A DNA stretch of 40,417 nt. It comes from Catajapyx aquilonaris. Lineage: Eukaryota. The position numbers and the translations under genes were made by a program. The stretch is taken from positions 1 through 40,417 of the forward strand of contig JYFJ02003590.1 in assembly GCA_000934665.2 (NCBI GenBank), in the 5' to 3' direction. Of this stretch, positions 28,204-40,417 are shown piece by piece; the first letter of the stretch is position 1, and each line of letters opens with the position of its first letter. The notes below the pieces were generated by a model. The model was not told the DNA's origin. It searched no databases and was given only the letters and a program-made list of their open reading frames with translations.

Positions 28204-31200
28204 ATGAAGTGGGTTACATTGCTGGTCATTGCTGGTAAGTAGTTTGGACACTGTGGTACTTTAAAATTAAATTGGGGGGGAACAGTTGGCGAATATTGGA
28301 TGTGGGCGAAGTAGTTTGTTTGCTATGCCCGGAGTTGTAGACACCCCGGAGTTACTTCAAAAGAGACGATTTTGCGCTCCAAATATTCTAGGAGAAAATT
28401 TTGAGTTTGAAAAACTTTTTATTGTAAATGTCAAAAAGACTGGGCCAGATCGCGGGCCAGATTGTCATTATGAGTCAAAATGTGCATTAAGGAACCACAT
28501 TATGACTAAATAATTTGCGGGCCATTTCGTACAGTGCTGTGGTTATACATATGAGCATGTGACAAAAACATGTTGCTTTGTGCGGTTTGTACACTTCATA
28601 ATTTATACATGTGCGGTTTACACAGTACTGTGCACTTTTCTTTAGTTATTTATTTAATGACTAAAGGAACATATCAGTTTACAAAAATAGCAAGTATAGG
28701 CATGGAATGTCGCATTTTGGGAGGAGTTTTAGCGTGATTGACAATGTCGTTAGAAAGATCGAGGCAACATGGGAATAGAATCGTCTCTGTTGATGTCATG
28801 AGAATGGGAATAGGAATTTTCCGAACGATTTGAAGATGGCAAGGTGCAGATGAAGGAATCAATAATCGACATTAAATTTCCCATGGCTGATTGTCAAAAA
28901 AACATTGAAGGGATGCACTGTTTTTGCAATCCAGATTCCGCTTTCAAATCTGTTTACAATAATTAATTTACGAGCTGGCAACATCCCTTATTCAAATCAT
29001 CTGTCGCATAGCCGGGGAAAAACTAGTGCAATAATAACGAAGCTTGAACCATGTTGTGCAACAAAGGATATTTTTGCAAACCTAAATTTGGAGGTGTCCT
29101 AACCCGATGGCCATGCACTTAATAAGTCATCCTCTGATGGCCGGAACATGCCCTCGGTTCATAATTTATTGGTTTTCATACCCGTGAATAGAAGCATTTA
29201 TGATCAATTGTTGCACAGTGCACCAGATGGAATGAAGGGTATGAAAAAAAAAGAAGTAGTAATTGACCTACACGCCAAAGTTGACGGACGATCATTGCCT
29301 TCCGGAGCATTTTGCGGGGGGGACTTTTTTAAATCGAAAAAATGGTGGCTCCGAAAATTAGATTGATTTACTTGTCAGTTCGATCATTTTATTGTTCTGG
29401 ATGTCAAAAGTGTGGAGCCAATTTTTCCCAGAAAAAAATTTTCCTGGCCAAATTTTATTGGAGGAGTTTTTCTGCGAATTTTCCGCATGGTTGAAGTATT
29501 ATTTGGCCAATCATCTCACATTCTGGGTGTAATTTGCGTCAATCGAAATCGCGCAATTGAATCCTGATGGTACATGCATAACCCCCAAGTTGCAGTATGC
29601 GTGTTATGTAATTGACAAATTCAATCGCAGAAACCTGTCAAAATTATTTTGAGTACGATTTCAAATCAGCTTTATATGTAAATAAATTATACATCCACTG
29701 AACCATATAGTGCAGTACAGTAAGTGTTATAGGCCTCTTTTTTCAATTTCGTGGCCGATTTCTCTGGTGCAATGTGTTAATCGCATCTTGGTATATATAG
29801 TTTCAGGTATTGAAAACTCAAGCCACGTACTCGGCGGTAGAAAAGTGTGTGCCAGCATTTTTTTCTTTTCTATCAAAAATTGATAGAGTTTGTTACAGTG
29901 CAAGCGGTTACAACACACATCAAAAGTTGGCCCAATAAGAACTCTGTTGTACGGCTGCTGTAATTGAAACCCACAGTGCATAAAGTAGGAAAAACATCAC
30001 AACCTAACTGTACAGTTTTTCGCAGAAAATGGAACCAAAAAAGTGTGGCTCTAATAGCATGCAATATTTTTTTGGCCTATTTTATCACCCAGTAACAATC
30101 ATGCTTAACGAACCATAGGTTTCATAAGAATAATTACAATCACGTGCTGCAATCCACTGTGGTATCTGCACGTTCTTGAACTTTCCTCCCGGAATTAACC
30201 TCTTCAATCGTTTACCTAACCGCATGTAACCGCAGCCAGATGCAAATTGAGTTAGAATTGAACAAATACGGGCCAAAGTGGTCCCTTAAGTCCTTCCGAA
30301 TGCTGAAAGCCTGTAAATAAGAAGGTGGCTAGGCTCACGTTCGATCCTTTTTTTTTGTACGTCAGTTGAATTAGGATTTATTTTTGGTGAAAACATGTTT
30401 TCTTGAAATGCAGTGTTGTGTCACCTTGGACGAACTAATCAGTAACAGTAATTAAAATAATTAATTAACCCAGACATGCCTAGTGTCCTACATGTAGGAC
30501 ACTTGCACAGTTGTTAAATTCTTAGCAATTTCTCATTAAAATTTCACTTAAAAAATCAGGCACATCTGGGTTAATTATCTCACCAATAATATCTTATTAA
30601 CGCAAAATTGTCACGGGGGCCAATATGCCGGGGGCTAAAAATCCGGGGGCGAAACGTCGGGGGCGAAAAGCCCGGGAGGCCGTAAATTCATATGCCAAAA
30701 ATTATTTAAGGGCTATGCCAATATAAACTGCCTATGAGTAGGCCTACATATAAAATTGCTGAATCAATGCTATTGAACATTTCAATCAGGACCATGAGAA
30801 AAATGCCCGGTGTTGTCCTGCACGCCATATACCAGCTGGTAGAGCATTGTCAAAAAATATGTGTCAGATCAATATTAATGCAACCAAAAAAACATTAAAG
30901 CGGTCATTAATTCAACCCGAAGCATTTGACACTCCCCGCAAATTGTCAGTCACATCATACATCAGGGTCCGGGATAGGTGTTAGCGATGCGTCTGTGACA
31001 CGATTTCAAAGCCAGTAATTTAATCCAAAGCGGTCAAACTTAATTAAATGTTGAATTAACGAGAGCAACCCCCAGTCGGATTCGGATCAGTTGATATCGC
31101 AACCCTCAGCTCATTTTTTTAAAAAAAAAGCTGTGGTTAATATTTGTGGAGTCTTCTGCAAACGCGATTAATAAACGGCTGTGTAAGCCCAATTAAGTCG

Positions 31201-34200
31201 CACGGACATGACACAAAAAGCGAATTAATAAGCGGTTATTACAGCTAGTTAGGGGAGTCAACTTGACCCTGTTCGAGAAAACAGAAAAGCCGATTATGCC
31301 CAACCTCTGTGTAAGAATTGGAGCGAATTAAGCTAGAGAAGTGTTTGATTCTAGAGGGCAGGACCGGGATTGAATTGTGAGCTGGAAGCCATTAGCTTAC
31401 TCAGAAACTAATCTCTCTCAGCTCCATTTTAGCCTCATTTGATTCTTAAAGCAGATTTTGCACGCCCACATCTCTTAAGAGGATGGAAACTCCATTATAA
31501 TCATAGAAAGCTTTGTTTCATCCTGCCATGATGCAACCCAACATACAGTGCTGGACATTAATTCCGTCATACTACTATTATGCGATTCACGAGTCCTGGC
31601 CTGTTAGGCTCCACCCACCTCCTCCCAACGTCAGCGGCGGAAGAAATCTGGCCTGGAATGCTCGTGATTCTCGCGGAGCCATTGGTCCGGGGTTCGGTCT
31701 CAACAAGGGGTGGTTCGTCGTGTTTCCAGGCCTGGTTGTCCCCCCCCCCCCCCCCCCCCNCCCCCCAATGCGATCCACTGCTGCCAAGTGCTCTCCCCCA
31801 TCCTCCTGGCGGACGCGAACGTGGCAACCTCGCCTTCAGAGGGCGGAGGACGGGGGAGGAGCCTAACAGGCCAGGACTCGTGAATCGCATAATAGCGACA
31901 TTTTCCGATGCGGCAGACGTGTAAATCGAAGTGATAGAGTGTGAGCCGTGCGAGTAAGAAATGGTAGCCCTTGGGTGATTAGTTATCATCCTGAGCTACA
32001 AATCTTGCGGACCCAGGATCCAGCCCCGGCAAGATGTGCCTCTGTTTTTCCACGTATAGTACCACTACATCTCGCACGACCCTGAGTGGCAGTAGTATGC
32101 AGAGAGGGAAAATGCGCCATCTGTTGAAAATAGTAAAAGTGGTCAGTTTCTTAACTCAAAGCGAAATGAGTATGTCCGTATGCAGTATTGTAAACACCCT
32201 TCAAATCAGAGGAAACATACAACATTAGGAAGGACAGCTGAGACTTTCCCATTAAGCAAGACACTGAGTGATGTCTGCTCGAGTCTTCCGGGAGGATTCC
32301 AGATCCTTGAACACAATGCTATCCGTCAGCTGCTCTTTCCACCGGTCCTAATATCCGTTTCAGAGAAAACTACCTCTAGCTCTAGGATTAGGCTAGGAGT
32401 TTTCGAGTCTAAGAGCCGGGGGTTTAATCTTGGAAAGTCTGAGTGATGTCTGAAAACATCCCGCATGATGATGCTCCAAACAACCCTCATTATAATCTTC
32501 CAAGAAGTCTTCTGCTGGATGGCATCACTAGGAAGGACAGCATGTCCCTGATATTTTCCATGCTGGCCGAGCATTGCGGGGAATTCCCTTTTGAGATTAA
32601 CTGCCTTGTTTTTTTTAAACAGAGATTTGCTTTCAATTGACGAGACAAAAGAGGATTAACTTGAGTGCCAAAACAGGTTGTCATTTCCGGTTGTAGTAGC
32701 ACTCTCAGTAATTACGTACTTAGCGGGTAATAATTAATGTGTAGTGTACTAATTCGCATGTATATAATTATTTTTTTATTATATTATATTGGGAATCCTG
32801 GCTGTGACGGCTAAGACGGACTTGACATGTCTGGTGACAAGTGCAAATTGCATTTGGCCGAACTACGTTCTGCCGGCCTTTTCCCCAAATCCAGGCAGCA
32901 TTGACTACCTGATTGCAACCAGATTTACCAATGTTATTTGCATACATATTGGGACACCCACTGTCATCGCGTCTCGTTTTGTCGCGTATGTCGTCTAGTT
33001 GGGAACATGGTTTACTATATGTCTTGGGATTGTTTTAAAACGTGTTTTAATCTCCGGAAAAAATTGGTGTGTCGTTTCGTACTTATCGCGGTTTTCCAGC
33101 CGGACAACATGATGCAGGCGTTATTTTTCGACCCGTTGAATATCGATTTGAGAAGCTGATAAACGCGTCAAATTTCGGAAACTAGAGGAAAATCTGCCGG
33201 CTGTTAAAGCTGGCTTTAAGCTGGCTTTTAAAATACGCCCGATATATTATTGCCTCTGCGATACCCTTTACAAAATGGTCTTTCATCCTCAGCTCCATTT
33301 TTCGGCCCTGTTCTTATGGGGTGGATTGGTGTGACAAAAGCCGGTCCTACGAGAGATGACACTTGGCCTTGCTGAAAAGCCATCAGCAGTTATACGGCCC
33401 AACGGAGAAGAATGTGCCTGGCTCAATTACGATCTAGTGCCGAAAAAAACTGCTATCGTCATAGTCCCGAAATATACACCCTTGAATTGCCCTGAAGAGT
33501 TATCGTTTATAGGACACATCTTTTCTCATATAGACAACAATAGAATCAGAAGAAGCAATAGTTCAATATTTGAAGAGATTTGACCTGCAATTTTTTTATA
33601 TGAAGGTAATAACAGTGTTTGCTAGACTCTTCAGTAGCCTACTTCTGTATGGCTCCCACACACATATAGGTCAGTCACAAGGACTTGCGCTCATAAGCTA
33701 TGGAGACGTTGAAAACTCAACTTTTCTAGCTAGTGTAAACTAACTGAACCTGACCTGACCTGACCTGACCCAACCCAACGTAACTAACCTAGGCTGAGAG
33801 AAATGGACTTTTGTGAAACCCTGCAAATCAAAATTGTGGGGACATATCCCCACTATAACGGTAACGTTCTGGTGTGTGAATATGTGGGGACCAAAATGTT
33901 CCCACAAGAGAAATTGTGAGGGCAGTAGTCCCCACAGTTACAGAAAAACACATACTTCCGGTCCCACTTATTGAAGACAAGAACAAAGAAATGGACTTGA
34001 GATATACAATCGAGCAGGTTCATGCTGACGTAATTTGCCCAGTGCAAAGGTCAGCCAAGGATATTCATTAAGGACCATTCTGCATACGGCATATACATGT
34101 CCAATGAGTTGAAACTTTGCACTGGCGTTAGTAATTAGCAGCTTATTGTTAGAAATGTCACAAACGCTAGACAGGCGACATTCTATGGATCTGTCATATG

Positions 34201-37200
34201 AAAAATGCAATAGTTGTACCCCCTGAATAAAGGCTTACATATAGCCGAATGCGTGAATGAAATATTACGTGAAATATGACCCAATAAAAGGATCTATCTC
34301 AAATGCGAATAAAGGACCGTCACTATAGCAGTTCTTTTGTGCAGAAATTCGAGTCTTCGCAGGTGTAGGAACCTTTCTTTCCAAATGGGTTGAAAAGCAG
34401 TCGTATAGCAACCCATAATTGAATTTCAGCGGAGTGTTTGGAAAGAAGTGTTGGGTTCGACGAAGCCTCCGTGTGAACCTACTTGTAACCCAAAAAAATA
34501 TTATTTTTGCCTTGTACAAAAAGGTGTAATAATCGCACTGCTTCATTTTTTTCCTGGCTTGTCCCCCCTCAAAGAAGTGGTGCAATGTCAACCGAGTGTC
34601 AACGTTTCGATCTACGTTCGATCGGATGCACCCCCCCAAAAAAACTTCCCCGTTCGTTCCCAATTTTGATTTCTCTTGGGTGTAACGGCGGCGATACCAG
34701 TCCATGCCTCCGATTTTTATGCGGCCCAGTGCTATGGAATACTAGATAAAATAGTAATGCAGGCTGCACATTTCCGGCCCATTGTTACGCTGGCAATTAT
34801 TCAAGACGCTGCAATTTTAGGAGGCTGGGGTTTTGATAAATAACCGGACCCAGTAATGAGTCTGGTTTCAAGGCCGGTTTTGATGAGGTTCTTGCCTAAC
34901 TAGAACCGGATGTTGAGTTGTCTTCTGAGAATTATGCACGTCCATTGAGAAAGCCAGTTGTGTGGATTATGCCTTCTGATTGGTCCGTCTTATTTGTTAC
35001 CGATTGCGTTCTGCGCCTGCGCAATGGGTGGATTCAGTTGCATGTTGGCGGTGGGTAAACATCGCTGCTCTTAGGGATTTTCAAATGTAAACATTAGCAT
35101 ATGTAATGTAAATTCTAATTGAGGACGATTCTAGTTTCATTGCAGATAGCGACAAGTAATAGTGTCCTGGAGAAGAGTGAGTGTCACCTTCGAGGATTGT
35201 TTCCGTGTGGGACAGACTTGCAGAGTACGTGTGTGGAGCAGAAGCAAAACTGCGATGGTACACCCGACTGTCCTGATGGCCACGACGAACTCAACTGTGG
35301 TGAGTATCATCTCGCTACACTTTGATCTCGAGTTTAAGGTACACGAAACCGAACTTAAATTAGGACGCTCTCAGGAGGATTAATGGGAGGAAAACCCTCT
35401 TGAAGACACACCACAAAAGGCAATGAGGGCTTGAAAAGACCGGAATATTTAATTAAAGCAGCTCGGTGCGTACTTGTGCAAAATATCGATTGAAACTAAT
35501 TATGATGCAAATGCCAATGTCAGCAGATGCCACTTCGGAGACATCAGTTGAAAATTGTCTTCCTAACTTGAAATTCATTAGACGCGATTTCATTACAAAT
35601 ACCATTAACTCCGAATTTATTGTCGTTTCCTCGGAAAGTTTGGCCCGCGAATTTCGAAGAAGTGGTGATTATTTTTCTGGTGCTATTGCTGGGATGTCAC
35701 AACCACAGATTCATACTTGGATCTGTCATATCCACTTACAGGCTTGATTTGGTGAACACAAAGCCGAAATTTCCGGAAAAATTTTAAATTGAATGCACAA
35801 CTTTGTTATGTTGTGGTGACAATCACTATAATTAATGCGGTGGCCATCATTTGCAATGTAATGTCATTAATCACATTTTATATGCAATTAAATTACTGGC
35901 TTCCATCATTCCTTACCGGGGTGTTGTGCTGGATTTTTTTTTGGCACAAATTGGCAGTTTCCCATACATTTGAGCATGTGTGATATAACCTACCACAGTA
36001 CCACTAACCAGAAATGCTACACCCCGGATCGATGTGGTTGTCCGGAAAGTAATTTAAGCTTTGGAGTGGCAGAGGCTGCCTCCCTTTTCGGAAATGAATG
36101 ACTGGATTGCAGGGTTCTGCAAACTAGTATAGTTCTGCCGCATTCTCCTCATGTGTCTATTTTTTTCCCCCCCTTCCTTCTACTTCTTCTGGAAAGTGAT
36201 GGTGGGCTGGAGACAGATTGAAGCAGTGCTAACTCGGGCTCACCTATCCGACCACTTAGACCATTTGTCTCCATTCATCCACGTCGCACGACCTTTTCGA
36301 GTCGACCGCTTGTTCCTCTGCCAACCTATCCATCCTTTCGGTTACGAGGTGAAAAAGTTTCGTATTGTTGAAACGAAAATACTTCAATTCTTCAAATTCG
36401 CCCATGCGCCTATGCATATACTCAAAAGTGATCGCCTAGAACCCCTATATCATTTCCCAAAGCGACGGTAGGTTAAATTTCCGAACCCTGTATAAGCATA
36501 CTGATTGGTCTGTTACCGTGACGCTTCCCATTGGCCCGCTTTCCGCGCATGCGTAATGGGTGGAGAAACGCAGTCGTTTGCTGAAGGGCGGCGAGTACAC
36601 ATCCTCTCTCGTTTTTGCCTTAATTAATTAGTCTTTGTGATTAAATCAACTGAAATGGTGCTTCTGTTAATCTCCTAGTAACAAATACGATTATCCCCAT
36701 CGCTTCATTTGGAACAGGTTTATCTCGTGCGCATTCAGCGATTAGATACATCTGCAACAAATCCCTCTGAAGACTATTGTTGGGAAAATCGCCCATTCAT
36801 CAGTCGCAAATTAGCAGAAAGCCTACATAACTCGATTTTTTTTTTTTAAAAAAAAGAGCGAATTGGAACAAAACAGTGCTAGATTCGTCCTATTTGTACC
36901 ATCCGACAATAGTGTGAGTAATGAAGACCGGTGTAATTTGAGAGTGTCGCGTTTTCATTGCACGCAACTTCAATGAAGGCCCACTTTGAACCGAGCAATC
37001 AATGCGCCCTTGTGGCAATTAACTGCATGATAAGACGGAGCCACCGCATCCATCGAAAGGCTCTTTGTGCCCACATTAGGCCCATTTGTTGCACATCATT
37101 ATCATCATCGGAGCTGGCATTGAAACCAATATGCCGGAAATGTCGTCAATCCCAGACTAGAGGTCACACCTCGATGGGAATGTATAGAAGTCCCTAAGGT

Positions 37201-39698
37201 CAGCATTTGTTTGAAGGGACAGACTTTTTGTATCGTTTCGATACACTGTAGGGTGAGCCAATGAATGGCTTGTTTGTCCGACCGGATAGTATCGCTATCT
37301 CTCGCACGACTTGAGTGTGCAGAGGGCGCCATCTATGCACGGTGAATAGTACTACGTGGTAAATCGGCGGGCCATCTCATTCATACTGTTTACAGTCCCA
37401 CATTTTCTCAACGGGTTCATTGGACATATTTATGGCAGGTTTTTGATGCGATTTCAACTCATTGCAGATGACAAACATGCGGAGGAATACTACAATGTCA
37501 TCTTCAAGAAACGGCCGGACGAAGATTCGGACAAGATGAACGGCGTATGCGGTGAGTGGACAGCATCCTTGGCCCTGTACCAATAGTAACAGCTGGCCGG
37601 CCTTGATCTAAAAGTCCTTAACTTATTTTTTGTCCACTGGACTTTGGAGGTGGCCTAACGGTCATCTCCAATGGACCATCCTGAGGGGAAAACCGTTAAA
37701 AAAAAGAAGCGGGGGTAAAGTGCTCAACTAACGGCCATAATTCACGAGGGTGGAAAGATTTATAAGTGGCTAGGTACTTGAATCTGACAGCATGCACCAC
37801 CTGAAATTGTAGAGCCCCGAGACCCCAGGTACACACTTTGGTCAGAGATCGAGTTGTATAATGAAAGTTGAGCATTTTCGGCTAAGGTGGATCAGTGTTT
37901 AATTGAAAGGTGTGCATAAAAACTATGATTACGTAATGCTTACGTGGGTTGGAAATTAGTAGGCTGTAGGCTATAGTTTCATGCACACATGCTACCGGGA
38001 GGGGAATTTGGTAAATGCCAAGATGTAACAATGTAGTAATGTTTGAATATCGGAGTTAGTCCATAAGGCATATTCCCGGTATATGTAATTAGCTAACTTC
38101 TTGTAAGCTAGCCATTAATTATTCCAAATCCAGCTACGTTCCAAAAACTCTAAACGACATACTCATTACCAAGGTAATTACTCATTTTGAACTAAAATCT
38201 CATTTCCCTAGTTTTTCTCGCCAAAATGGCTTTTAAAAATTATACCTGTTGCTAAATATGGACCATCATGCGGGAAGCCTCTCTAATGAGATTAAGTCAA
38301 GTGAGTCCCCCCACAAGTGTCAGCACCGGTTTTAGAACCGGGTCCAAAGCTTTGATCATAGTCCTTAATCTCTCCAGATTAAATCCTTGTCGTTTGAAAT
38401 TGCGCTGCTAGCGTCATTTCCATAAAAACAAAAGGGTCGCCGAACTAGGTTGCATAATTGCGATAGTCGCGTGACGTATTAGCACACGTCGTAATTCAGG
38501 TCAGAATGTGGAGAAAAATGCAAATTTTTGGCATGGAGCTCGTTTTAATTGCGAAGTTGGAATTAGGTTGAACGCTATTTATGTAGTAGTAAAAATACCG
38601 TAACGTCCGACCCTAAATTGCTGAACGATAGCTATTAAAATAGGGAGTGAGTATAGCTATTGCTTTATTGGCGATTTATGGCCGTGACGCAGGCAGTCCA
38701 ACGGATTAGATCTATTATGACTTCATTTTTAGCCAATTAATTTTAATGTGATAGGGGCACTCTCATATTATCCACAATGCGTTAAAATGACTGAATGAAT
38801 TTTATTTCAGAGTTGAAGTCAACTCCAGATGAATGCAGGTGTACATCGCACAGTCTATATTGCGAAAATAGAGATTTGCCAGAATTTCCGCAAAATCTTC
38901 CATCTGGTGTAAACCACCTGTAAGTACTGTACCAGATTTCTGCTGTACTTAGAAAAGTGGCCATATCAATGGAGCATATTTTTATAGACGTTAAATGCTA
39001 AGCAGCTCGTACACTATTTTCCTGCTCTATGAATGGGCATATAATTAAATAAATAAATACAGTGTTGCCTTTTCTATAGGCCAGCAGTAAGGAACAGGGA
39101 ATTTATTTTTAGGCGAAAAACCGCCTTTGCAATTAGCCTGTAAAATTTATGATGTGCAATTTTTTTTCGTGGCTCATAAAAAGTAGTAAATCATGTTGCC
39201 CGAAGTCTTTCATTAAGGGTGCTGATTAATTACCCACTTTCGGGTAATGCCACTACCATGTTTTTGCCAAGAGTGTGGTTGATATTCCTTCGGGCTCGAT
39301 ATATGTGAAGGCCAGGGTGTAAAAAGGTCAACAGGTTACAACTCTTCTCCATGCCACCAAATAGAGCGACTGACACTATTTAATTTGCAGTGATTATTCC
39401 GGAAATGAAGTGACGACACTGAATTTTTCGTCCGTGCAGAATCTGTCACGTCTACACGTCCTGTAAGTATAATAGTTATGTCAATAATAGTTTTGAATAA
39501 ACGTAACGTGCCAGTAAGCAGCAATTAATTGCTAAATTAATATATTTTTACTTAATTTGCATTTTTCGGTACTTTCATAATTCAATCTATCTATTCTGGC
39601 ATAACGTAGCCTCTTGGTTGCAGGATCCTCTCCAATAACCTCATTATGGAAATAATTCCACGGAGTTCCACCGCCGGTTTATCACCCTTACGGAAGCT
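28204..39698 (+). CDS. Lgr3: Relaxin-family LDLa-LRR GPCR (Lgr3/RXFP-like), 5' part only. Exons 28204-28234, 35135-35299, 37468-37551, 38811-38919, 39391-39462, 39624-39698; continues beyond the window
   Basis: The spliced product has a signal peptide MKWVTLLVIAVSLQIATS, a single LDLa module CHLRGLFPCG..CVEQKQNCDGTPDCPDGHDELNC, a linker DDKHAEEYYNVIFKKRPDEDSD, an LRR N-cap ECRCTSHSLYCENRDLPEFPQNLP, and phase-2 LRR exons of 72 and 75 nt (LDYSGNEV.., LILSNNLI..). LDLa-linker-LRR is the type C LGR architecture. Exon 1 and the Lgr3-vs-Lgr4 assignment are less certain; the 7TM part is not in the window. Confidence 0.82.
30469..30570. mobile_element. 102-bp piggyBac-type MITE
   Basis: TTAA|CCCAGACATGCCT ... 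AGGCACATCTGGG|TTAA (11/13 TIR match, TTAA TSD). Internal palindrome agtgtcctacatgtaggacact. Confidence 0.8.
30614..30676 (+). repeat. Short ~15-bp tandem repeat with four G5 tracts
   Basis: cgggggccaatatgc / cgggggctaaaaatc / cgggggcgaaacgt / cgggggcgaaaagc. Confidence 0.75.
31546..31974. mobile_element. Left-half copy of the 13.7-kb composite MITE, interrupted by a nested MITE
   Basis: TA|CAGTGCTGGACATTAATTCCGTCATACTACTA ... GCGACATTTTCCGATGCGGCAGACGT...GGTAGCCCTTGG matches 13681-13781. Confidence 0.8.
31578..31892. mobile_element. 315-bp MITE with 35-bp perfect TIRs and TA target duplication, nested in another MITE
   Basis: TIR ttatgcgattcacgagtcctggcctgttaggctcc / ggagcctaacaggccaggactcgtgaatcgcataa, with TA at 31576-31577 and 31893-31894. 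The empty site is visible in the 13.7-kb copy. Confidence 0.88.
33738..33950. repeat. (CCTGA/CCTAA)-like pentamer tract plus TGTGGGGAC/GTCCCCACA inverted motifs; probable MITE remnant
   Basis: aacctgacctgacctgacctgacccaacccaac followed by tgtggggac (twice) and gtccccaca; boundaries not resolved. Confidence 0.45.
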
Positions 39699-39961
39699 GT
39701 AAGTACTCATTAATTGCTCATCTTAATTGAGCGAAGCATGCTAGTAATCAAACACCACGACATCGGGTTTTTTATATTGGAACACCGTCGCGCTTTTAGG
39801 TCGAAGTTTACGTTTGTATGCTAATGCTTTAAGTAAGCGAAATCCAATAACGCCTCTGAAAAAGCGCATAGGAATCTTCTGTCGTCTCAGACTAACCACA
39901 AATTAAGTAGAAATTCTGCAATTACAGCATGTGAAATAGTTTAGTGCACAAATATATTATC

Positions 39962-40136
39962 AATTACCTTCTAAAGTAAATGGTGAAATTACCTTCTAAA
40001 GTAAATGGTGAAATTACCTTCTAAACTAAATGATGAAATTACCTTCTAAACTCATATGAAATTACCTTCTAAACTCATATGAAATTACCTTCTAAACTAA
40101 ATATGAAATTACCTTCTAAACTAAATGATGAAATTA
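39962..40136. repeat. Intronic minisatellite, ~7 units of 22-25 bp (AAATTACCTTCTAAA(G/C)T...ATG)
   Basis: Direct tandem units with an invariant core aattaccttctaaa and a short variable tail. Confidence 0.92.
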
Positions 40137-40417
40137 GACAATCGTACATTTTTCCTTATAATGCAACTGGTGCACAAATATATTTTTCATGACGTCAATA
40201 CTGTAACTCTGCGCCTTCTGCTTCCTCTAAACTTTACACTGCCAGACTTTCCTAAGGCTCTCTAGCCCTTCCACATTACCCGAGCCGTAAACTTTGATTC
40301 GAACATGTCCGAATCTATATGTGTTTTGGTTGGTGGCACGTTTGAATTTGCCGCGCTCTCCTTAGCCCGTCCTATACTGACATCTTGTGTCATTAGTGTA
40401 AACCTCTTGCTTTTTTT

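Noticed and set aside
34975..36610. Two loosely similar segments (ctgattggtc...gcgc(c/a)tgcg(c/t)aatgggtgga) at ~34976 and ~36501
   Set aside because: Similarity is short and patchy and the boundaries cannot be defined. Probably old dispersed-repeat fragments.
39962..40136. CRISPR-like repeat array
   Set aside because: The 'spacers' are 8-11 nt and near-identical to each other, there are no cas genes, and the context is a eukaryotic intron. This is an ordinary minisatellite.

Overview
Eukaryotic, intron-rich, AT-rich genomic DNA, most likely from an arthropod or another ecdysozoan invertebrate. I spliced the genes by hand. (1) Minus strand: a complete 23-exon, ~932-aa trefoil + GH31 alpha-glucosidase gene of the maltase-glucoamylase/sucrase-isomaltase/GAA type (8708->2422), followed ~400 bp downstream by the first 6 exons of a tandem paralog (2015->205, running off the window). 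(2) A cluster of four tRNA-Glu genes (3 TTC, 1 CTC), one of them intronic. (3) Three small 2-exon His/Ala/Pro/Val-rich secreted, cuticle-protein-like genes. (4) Plus strand: the first six coding exons of an LDLa-LRR relaxin-family GPCR, Lgr3/RXFP type (28204->39698, continuing beyond the window). (5) Several small non-autonomous transposons: hAT, piggyBac, Helitron, nested TA-TSD MITEs and a retroposon. The most unusual observations concern splicing: an 87-nt intron that is nothing but GT-(ATT)27-ATAG; a GC-AG intron filled with (ATT)25 whose retention would be in frame and add poly-Tyr; and a retroposon whose target-site duplication copied a splice donor. All gene models come from sequence inspection alone, with no transcript or database support.
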